From Iphione sp. A-MEVVRFRX5 (Eukaryota), in assembly GCA_976226885.1 (NCBI GenBank), contig OZ320313.1, positions 116,002,001 through 116,066,000 of the forward strand: 64,000 bases of DNA, written 5' to 3'. Below are positions 12,501 to 21,268 of this stretch, one piece after another (the stretch's first letter is position 1; each line of letters opens with the position of its first letter). The notes under the pieces were generated by a model. The model was not told the origin of the DNA and did no database searches. It worked only from the letters and a program-made list of their open reading frames with translations. Position numbers and translations under genes: made by a program.

Positions 12501-15500
12501 TAGGTATTTTGAGGTCGATTACACAGCAAGATTCATGAGAAGTCTGTACACTTGTCTCCCTGGTTTAATTGTTGATAATGTTCTAGTAATAGTTGATGTA
12601 TTAGGTTTCTTTGTATACTTTATATACTTTGTAAACGATGTTTAAAGTAAAAAACTGACCTCCAGTGATCGGAAGTACGTATGGGAAGCATTCTATTAAA
12701 AGGTTATATTGTCTTCCCTCTCTAACCAATTAGGTTCTCGGATTATTATAGTTATTCCTTTCGTGCCCATATTGTTCCATATTGATTATTGTTAAATCGA
12801 GCAGCTTACCTGTATTGACAATATTGCTATACACCCCACTATACGCAGTGAACTCAAGGATGAAACTGACATTATATTAAAGGTATCACCTAGCCACGAC
12901 TACAAACTATTAGTCAGTCCAGTGTGCTGATGTAAATGTATCCAAAATGAAAACTTTGACCTAAGAGGTGAGTTGTTTACTTTTAAATGTTATTTTATAT
13001 TTTCTACTAAATTCCAAGAAAATATATCTCAAAACTTGTCCCAGATTTTCAATAAAATCAATATATAATATGGTGCAACATGAAATATTTGTCGGTAACA
13101 GAGGAGACAAATTTTAGAAGAAATTACATTTGCAATCATTCCCTTTTCGGAAAAGAACCGAACGTCGAAAGTCAATCTTTCTGAGGAAAGCCCTCTAAAA
13201 TGGTCTAGAATGGCCGATTGCAATAAGCAAAAATGTACCTGAATATGTAACAGATGACAGAGACTCAGCAAGAGCAAGCAATATAAAACATACGGCCAGC
13301 ACAAAACAATATGATTCAACGAGTCCGGCCACAATGAATCATGCACTGAACACGGGCCATACACCTCACGTCGTATGGCGTTGCGTCACGCGAGGGTGAC
13401 GGAATGGTCAGAACTGCTCTTACCTAAGGAGATTTTCTCCCCAGCGTCGGGAGGAAGGGTGAATGTCAGCAGTGCCATTGATGATATCAAAACACAGGGG
13501 ATTATCAAGTTAAATCCGTAATAAAGCGTTCTCCGTCGTATGTGGATTGTAAAGGTAATATCTATATATTGTTCTGGACAGCAATCGTATTGTACTACAT
13601 TGCGCTTTGCGGGTACACCTAGAAACAAAGAAGATATGAGACATTGTCAAGCAACGGGTGTTTGATTTTTGTATGAAGAAAGGAAAGAGTTAGAGAACCT
13701 ACCACATGCTATTTTCTCTCCGGCATCCGGGGGCATGGCGAATACCAGTATCGACAGGAGGGAAAGCATGAGGCAGGGAACAACCAAGTTAAAAACGTAG
13801 TAGAGCTTTCTGCGTCTGATTTTGATGGTAAATGTAATATCGATATACTGCTCTGGGCAACAGTCGTACTGTACAACATTCCTCGAGGCAGGGACATCTG
13901 CAAAGACACGACACCACGTTACTCCCACGCACTATCCGGTGCACATGCCCAATGCTGCCTTTGCTCGCATGTCACCTTCTACGTCAGTGATTACGTCATG
14001 CCTAGGTCAACGCTGACGTTAGTAGACACATCCGACGCGTTGGACTCCCACGACAACAGCGAGAATGAAAGTGGCGTTAGCGTTGTATATGTGGCGCTTG
14101 CAAAACAATGGGTTGGGGTGGGGGATCGGGGATCGGGGGAACAAATCAAAAAAGTATTAAACCCGTACTCAAAATAATCCTAAAGCAACACCTAATGTAT
14201 GATGCCTACTAGCTGCCATCTACGGGGAATTGGTCATCCAGAACGCAAATGTTAGTTTTTCAGTTTAAGCTTTCGTAATGTTCAAAAATTTTGGGAGGTT
14301 TAGGGCAAACTTAGCTTGGCGTGTTTGCTGTCAGGGATGGTATTTAAAACTGTGTCCAAAACAGAGCATCACAACATAGGCATGCGTTCAATTTAGATTC
14401 TTTATCTCATGTTATCGTTAATAAGTTGAAGAAAAACATCCTCTAAACTAGATTACACTTCGAGAAATATTAGATGAAACAAGATCTTTTTGAGTGGACA
14501 GGTTTTAGTTCTTAGTACTAGCAAGGTGAATTTAACGACTTGTTTAAGGTTCTGAAGGACAAGTGCATTTGTGAAAATGTAGAAACACTCAAAACATGAC
14601 TGCCCTGGGAATGTTCCAGAAACGAATCTGTTGTGCCCATTTATTTAACTTCTGACGTTTTATGAAATGCCAATCAAAAACAAGAGCGACTGATCTTATT
14701 GTTTAATCGAATCAAAAACTGTCTTACCATCAGAAAGCTCTATGACCATTGAAATGAAAAGAAATTATAGTTGACTGTCTTAGGAGAATCTATAGTAATA
14801 GGAAACACATCGGAAGGTCATCTTATAGAATGCAGTTTATAAGAGTTAATCAACGTCAAAGAAGGCATGATAATGAAGGTATGTCAGCATAAACTTACAT
14901 GCCTCATGATGTCAATTCAATACAAAAGTTAGTGAAATCATATTATTTCTATGGCACACAGTCTACATATCCTTAAAAGGAATAGTAAATCATTAAAGTC
15001 TATATTTTATCTTTCAAAACGAAAATAAAGCTGGCTTAAGCTGAGAATATGAGCAGCGCATGGAAAGAGTGCTTAGCATATGTGCATTCTCAGTGAGTCG
15101 CTCTGCGCAGCATCGCTTGCAAGATTATTCTCAAAACTGATGGACTAACCTGCATGTAGCCATGCCTCCAACACTACGGAATTCATTGTTAGACGGTGGC
15201 TATCTATCTACATGAATGTTTACAATCATTTGATAAAATAATACTAAAATAAAGACTTATACTTTGGGCCGTTGCTTCATTTTCACAAATAGTTTGTCGA
15301 ATATATATTATATCTATATATTCTTTTTATTATCATGTATAGTTCAGGTAACATATTACATTGGTAAGCAGCTTTGTGCTATCATCGTCAATTAGGGATT
15401 TATTCGGGGAAAAATTTTAAATATTACAAATATCACCCGGCTCCCGTTGCCTGTTATCATCAGGTCACCGGCTTTCTTACCGACTAGTTCCCATTCTCCG

Positions 15501-18500
15501 TTGGGTATGAAACTGGATATGTCGCCTCCTTCTCCTTGCAGTTGGAGGTCTATAGCAGACCCATCGTAAGTCCAGGAACCAAATTTCATGGTGCATTTCT
15601 GGTCGTCAAATGGGAACCACGTAATATCTATCTTACATGTACTAAGGAAGAGTCCCGGTGGCACCCAAAGACAATCGCCGTTTGACGAGATAACGACGTT
15701 CGTCGGGAATGTACTGTCGATGTCTTCGTCAGCACTATTAAGATAAAGCGTAAGGATAACAGCAATGAATCTGTTTTGCCATTTAACAAGTTGATTATAT
15801 AGGGACACAGAAACGATCGGTCAAACCGAAGAAAAATCCTTTCCAATCATGGTCTCCTTCTCTCGGTAGCAAAACTTCGCTTTACATAAATTCTTTACCT
15901 ATCCAAGAAAGGTGACCGCGCTAGGTCGGAGTTGCATTTCAGATCAAATCAGATTTTCAAAAAATGATTTCGAGCAATTCGGGAAATTCTATCCAACAGT
16001 AGTGTGGTGAAAGATGAAATTTGTCTTTATCTATGTTCACTTGCCCTTTCGTATTGATTCATTTGATTTGATTGATTTGATTTTTATTGAGAAACAGCCA
16101 TTCTTACCCAGAATGGTTTGCATTAGTATCTCAATACTACTGACTACTACTTTATCGAATTGTATGGCTACGTGTTAGTACATGTTGTTCAACACAGATT
16201 TTAAACAATTTCTTTTCCACTCCAATCCATCTACAGGGCAACTTGTTCCATTGCGTTAACCCGTCATACTTGATACTTTTTGCTCAGTCAGTCTGCTGGC
16301 GAATTCTTTTCAGCAATATATTTAACCGGATCGTTACCTGTTATACATAAGAATATCAGGTTTCCAGAGATATTTCGGTGGAACCCGTATGCTCTTCAAG
16401 CCGCCATACTCGGTTTCATTCCATCGGAGACTGTAGTCATTCCACACCTGCAACATTTAGACCAGTGGTAGATGCTTTATACCCGAATGGAATTCGGCAT
16501 CACTTCAAGTCGGTTCCAAATTTAGTTATCTCTTCATGATAGCATATATTAACATCTACAATTTTCCTCCGCGTCCATATATATGTATACTGATTTATTC
16601 AATATTTCAATTGCACCTATATCTGGGAGACCTGAGGTAAGAAGTGTGCAAATGTGTCTTTGTTGTCGTGTGTGTGATAAAAAAAACTTCAGAGCAATTA
16701 CAGGAATTCGCAGGAGATTACCAGAATTATATTAATAATGGAGCGATTAGATGGGGAAAGACAGTTAGCAGAGACACGAAAGGAAATTAGAACAGAATGA
16801 CCGATTCGAGTTCTCTCACCACTTACATGTATATTGTACAATGAGTAAGTGCGACAAAACATTGTTTAGTTTTATTTTAATCTACTCTATTGTGAAGTGT
16901 GAGCGAGAAACGAGCAGGAACATCACAAACAATGGAAATGGAACCTCACTCGATGTTTCTCGTCTGAAGTCACGTATTCCAGGGTGTTTCATTGGATTTT
17001 GTAAGGAAGGAGTACCTGGACCATAGGTCTTTAAATACACTGGTACAACAATTTTCTGTCCACTTATATATTCGTCCCCTCTTGTGGCTGTGTTTTGCTC
17101 ACGTCCCTCGGTGGGTTCTCTACTCCCCTTTAAAAAATGCTACATTGGTTTTGATACCAATAATAGCTCATGACTTTTACAAGGAACGAAGTTCGCAGGT
17201 TAAGGTCACTGGGCTCGAGTTTTCCTAGGATCACACGACGTGTAATCATAAAGACTACCAAAGACTGCCTTGCAAATGCAATCGAATGGGGGAATCAATC
17301 CATGTGGACAGCTGTAGTTACATGTAAGCGTTCACATGAACTACGTCGTGCTAGAAGGCGGTCCTTTCTTGGCTGCGGCCACCTGCACGTGAACTAGCAG
17401 CACTCACCTGGCAGCACCCAAGAGCGTTCCCTTTGCCAAGTGCTTCCCACTCCCCATCCCTTATCAATCAAAACGTATATTAACGTTCCAGTGCCTCGGC
17501 TGACCAAACGCACATCTTATAGAGAGGGCGTACTAAGAAGCAGCCCAAGGACTTGTTAACCGTCGGGGCTGGTTAATCTTCCTGCCAGCTTAAAACTAGA
17601 GGGGTGAGTAGCCGGTGGTATTTTCAACCACTACCAATCACGGCTCTCCAACTGAGAAACCTTACCAACCTACGCGCATGCTACCTACAGAAAAAAAGTG
17701 GCAGTATTCTATCAGTGTGGAAGAGGAAAACAACAGGTGAATCATCTATCATCGCGGAAGTCTGTTCGGTCCCTGATGCATATCTATCCACGCTATGGAA
17801 CCAAGAATTATGCAGAAATGTTTACCAGGCACTAAACGGACGGCGCTCAGGTAACGTGCGCCATGACGGAGTTTGGTGTGTGTCTCTATATATAAACATG
17901 TATTTATATATCCAGGGAATGCCATGCTTGCTTCCGTTACGATTGAAATTTATGGCGAAAATAATCTCACTCTTGGTACTGGCACCAGGGGTGTTTTCAC
18001 ATTTTTTAACACAGTAATATTTTAGATGTAACCGAGCCTGGTGATACAGATAACATGGATAAAGGCTCATTTCAATTTTCATTCTGAACGGAATTAACAT
18101 CGTTCTTTCCTACCAAAGATCTTATTTGCTAACTTAACACTACAAAGAAGGAAGTAATAACAAAAGTGTACTACTTGATAAAAATGGTGTACTCTTCTCC
18201 CGTGGAATGTAAGATATTTGGAAGAATATATATACGAATATGTTTATACAAGTATATATATTCGGTATACATGTGCGAAATCCAAAATTATCAAAATATA
18301 TACTTAATGTATAAAGCAATGCATATATATATAAACCTAGAACATTTGAGACATCCTTAGAATAGTTACTCTTATTTATTATCTTAAAGGTGATGAAGTA
18401 TAACAAGATCATACTCAATTTGATTTCACAGATGCGACAATTCTCAAATGGTTCTTTTTATGCTTGTTTTAAAACTTAGGCTAACACAGAGTGTGGTACG

Positions 18501-21268
18501 AGGACAAGTAAAGATGCCCTAAGATCATAATGGTGAGGTAGTATCTTATGGCATAGAATTTCTATAGGCAAGGTAAGGTGCTGCCTAGCTGAATGTGAAG
18601 GCAGGGAGTGAAGGACTTTGACTCTCACGACCAGGGGCACCGACAGGAGCAAAATGCACATTACGGCATTTGACGTGACATGCTTATCATTATATTGTGT
18701 TTGTTCGTATATTGTATATATACCATATGACTATATAGAGAGAGATAATGTACAAGATTTAAGAAAAAGAGATGCAGTAGAGGAAGGGGGTTGACGTTCA
18801 TTTAGGGTAGGTGAGGGGTTCTTTTCATGCATGATTCATTTAGATTCTGGAGTTAGGCTGGGCATGCAATTTAGGCTTTCCTTAAATGAATCAGCTCAGG
18901 GTGGCACTATAAAAAGCTGATGGGTTCTCGTCAACCGTTTTTTTTTTCGATCAAATTTTGAGAATCCGAAACTGTCCATGAAAAAGGTAGTAATTGTATT
19001 AAACATTGTCTCCAAAGCCAAAAAAAATCTACTGTGTTCATACGTTCCCACGTCGATCCCTACCGGATTGACCAAAGTCAGGATTGGTATTAACATTTGA
19101 GCAAACAATAATAAATAAACGGAAATGAAATTAATCAGCACAGAAAAGTCGAAACTGGTAACAATTTCACAATTTTCACTGATTAGTCTAGGAAACGCGT
19201 TAGGAGAGATTTTGACACCACCCTGAGAGTGAGGAAAGCATGTGAAGAATTCAGGTCCCTTCACTAGAAATCAAAATACACGGAGGATAAAATAAGTTGA
19301 TATACACTTATTTAAATCAATCGAGGATAAAATAAGTTGAAAGTTAATTTATATTATTTTATGGGTTAGCTAATAGTTATTTACTACGGGGGAGGGGGAT
19401 TATTTAAATTAATCGTTTATTACCTCTGAGGCCCAAGGCCAGAGGTGTTAATCTTTCATTTTAATTTTGAATGGTTTAAATGCTCCCTTTTTCTTGTAAG
19501 TTAAATAATTATTGCCGATAGTTGTCTTGCATAAGGCACACTTAAGTTAAAACGTGAAATTTCCTAAGTGACAAGATTATAGGTTTACCAGCAATTTTGC
19601 CTTTCCCATGTCAACCTAACATCTTACTAGCGTGCGCTGTCAACTTGTTTTATCCTCATTTGGCTTTATCCTTAAATGTTTCTGACTTACCAAATTTAAC
19701 CAGATATTTGTGTTTATGATTTGATTCTTTTCATCCTGTGAGGAAGAGAGAAAGAGTGTGTTATTACAGAAACGCTACCGAGCCGCGTGAGGGTTAAGAG
19801 TCACGCGACCTTTCACGGGTCAAGGTCAGACCGCCAGTTAACTTACCATATTCAACCATATATTAGATGTTAATATTTGGTTCTTTTCATCCTGGGAAAA
19901 ATAAAAAACAGAGATTAGTCAGCTGTAACAGCGGTAAGATGGACACTTGGCACCTCGAATTCGGTGTCTCTAGGGGGCAGCACAGCAGTGAGATTATTAT
20001 TGGCTGCTGCCAGCAAGCGATGTAGGATTACCAACACTATGCCGTCAGCAAACAAGAATGGAACAATTAGACTAAAACACGCTAGTTACACAGCACACTG
20101 TGGTGTAAGATCCATCTCAGGGCATGAAATCACGATACAGACTTGAAATATTCAAAAAGGCTTGCTAGAAAAAGATTACCGTCGTAAAGTTTACAAGAAA
20201 AAAGTCGTGTGGCATTGCTACCTTGGTGTAGATTGCCGGTTTCAGTTACGAATATCCCGAATCTAGCAGTTGATAACGAGACTGAACACTGTATTCTAGG
20301 AACATACGTCCCCACAGAAAAGTGGAAAGGCACTTTGACTATCAAAATCATATTTCCATTGTGTAAGATCGTGTTTTGCTGTCTTTCCAATCGCCACCGT
20401 GGGAAAGTAAACCACGTCACCAAGTGATATGCAAAGAGGGTGGTTTAAGTATTCAGCAGGGTTCGACATTCAAAATGTACTCCAAAACCCGAAAACCAAA
20501 CTTCAGTCGTGTCCAGTTAGTGATAATCAGCGAACTAAAAACATTAATCTAATTGGAATAGTACACACAATAATGTGAAACACAGCAAGGGACAAGACGC
20601 TGTGTCGAATCACGCAGTTCACGCCGGTGCACAGGAATCGAAATGGTTCGATCAGAAAGAAAAAAACAAGAGGAATAACAACACTCCAGCGAGACAATAA
20701 TACAAATGTATATGACAGTGCACATAAACATGGCTTCGTTATTGAAACATACAAATAACAGACATGCATTATAGGAATCATTGACCAGTGACGCTTGATA
20801 TTTGATTAATGTATGCTACTAGTTGTGAGCTAATCGTCACTCTGCCATTTACGGATCCAAATGCTACTAATTCGATACATTACTAACCGCAAGGAGCACA
20901 TCGCACTGACAGCATTAAATTACCGTGCTGTTTTCTCATGTTCTTCTAAACCATACGTGTGTTCTTATGCATTGCTAGATGGCCAAATCCATTAACTACC
21001 GTAACGCAAACTGGTAGACGTTTTGTCTCATTCTTTGAATGGAGTCATTTATGCGGATCATGCCACTAGCTTGGTTCGGTATATTTAAAACAAGCAATGA
21101 TCATGGAGGTAGCTAGCAACTACATTACCACGTCGATGATTTGCTGAAGAACCAGCCCAAAGTGGACAGTCAGGGCCGCGCTTTCGTTGGCCACCGGCCG
21201 CTCCAGCGTGTCGTACCTGGAGAACAGGTCAGTCAGGAGCCTCTTCTCGTACGGCCCCTGATGGGTAC
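6073..21268 (-). CDS. CHRNA7-like: Nicotinic acetylcholine receptor alpha subunit, alpha7-like (pentameric ligand-gated cation channel); multi-exon, 5' coding exon not located
   Basis: The spliced exons give loop A (WKPDILMYN), the Cys-loop ([15 protein letters not shown]), loop B (WTYDG), loop C vicinal cysteines (YDCCPEQY), GEK before M2, and M1-M4. Exon sizes 140/45/110/254/195/87/110/465 match the CHRNA7 pattern. All junctions are GT-AG with compatible phases. Confidence 0.96.
6824..6933 (-). CDS. CHRNA7-like: alpha7-like nAChR exon 9 (110 nt, M3): (G)[36 protein letters not shown]
   Basis: Acceptor gttctAG|GT, donor TGG|GTaagt. Translated by hand. Confidence 0.95.
9624..9710 (-). CDS. 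CHRNA7-like: alpha7-like nAChR exon 8 (87 nt, M2): (G)[28 protein letters not shown]
   Basis: Acceptor tctcttccAG|GC, donor ATAG|GTgaga. Confidence 0.96.
10180..10196 (-). promoter_or_regulatory. CTCF-like motif (TCACCAGAGGGCGCTA)
   Basis: Close match by eye to the CTCF core consensus. Confidence 0.4.
13424..13618 (-). CDS. CHRNA7-like: alpha7-like nAChR exon 7b (195 nt): (G)[64 protein letters not shown]
   Basis: Acceptor tttgtttctAG|GT, donor TTAG|GTaaga. Phase 1/1, with a canonical alpha7-like M1. Confidence 0.95.
13703..13897 (-). CDS. CHRNA7-like: alpha7-like nAChR exon 7a (195 nt): (D)[64 protein letters not shown]
   Basis: Acceptor gtctttgcAG|AT, donor TGTG|GTaggt. Phase 1/1, open reading frame. 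Confidence 0.92.
15481..15734 (-). CDS. CHRNA7-like: alpha7-like nAChR fused exon 5/6 (254 nt): (S)ADEDIDSTF...[15 protein letters not shown]...WTYDG...NGEWELV
   Basis: Acceptor cttaatAG|TGCT, donor GTCG|GTaaga. Lies inside ORF 15392-15808 and contains the Cys-loop and loop B. Confidence 0.96.
16055..16140 (-). mobile_element. Short retroposon 3' tail relic
   Basis: The minus strand has CAATAAAAA followed by an (ATCAA)n tandem tail, as seen at LINE ends. Confidence 0.35.
16338..16447 (-). CDS. CHRNA7-like: alpha7-like nAChR exon 4 (110 nt): [36 protein letters not shown](S)
   Basis: Acceptor gttgcAG|GTG, donor AACAG|GTaacg. Contains the loop A motif. Confidence 0.95.
19691..19735 (-). CDS. 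CHRNA7-like: alpha7-like nAChR exon 3b (45 nt): [15 protein letters not shown]
   Basis: Acceptor ctcttcctcacAG|GAT, donor TTG|GTaagt. Same length and phase as exon 3a. Confidence 0.93.
19847..19891 (-). CDS. CHRNA7-like: alpha7-like nAChR exon 3a (45 nt): [15 protein letters not shown]
   Basis: Acceptor tttttcccAG|GAT, donor ATG|GTaagt. A branch-point-like ctgactaat lies at 19914-19922. Encodes the loop D Trp. Confidence 0.93.
21129..21268 (-). CDS. CHRNA7-like: alpha7-like nAChR exon 2 (140 nt): (G)[46 protein letters not shown]
   Basis: Acceptor tatttccAG|GT, donor GTG|GTaatg. Phase 1 in, phase 0 out. Not in the ORF track; translated by hand. Confidence 0.95.

Noticed and set aside
6934-13423. 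Search for duplicate copies of exons 8 and 9 (as in insect alpha6 exon 8a/b/c); exons 2, 4 and 5/6 were also checked elsewhere
   Set aside because: None found by eye. A profile search would be needed to exclude very diverged copies.
15041-15093. Imperfect hairpin (CTGAGAAT/ATTCTCAG) in intron 6 as an editing-complementary sequence
   Set aside because: Only an 8-bp outer stem, and no clear complementarity to a neighbouring exon.
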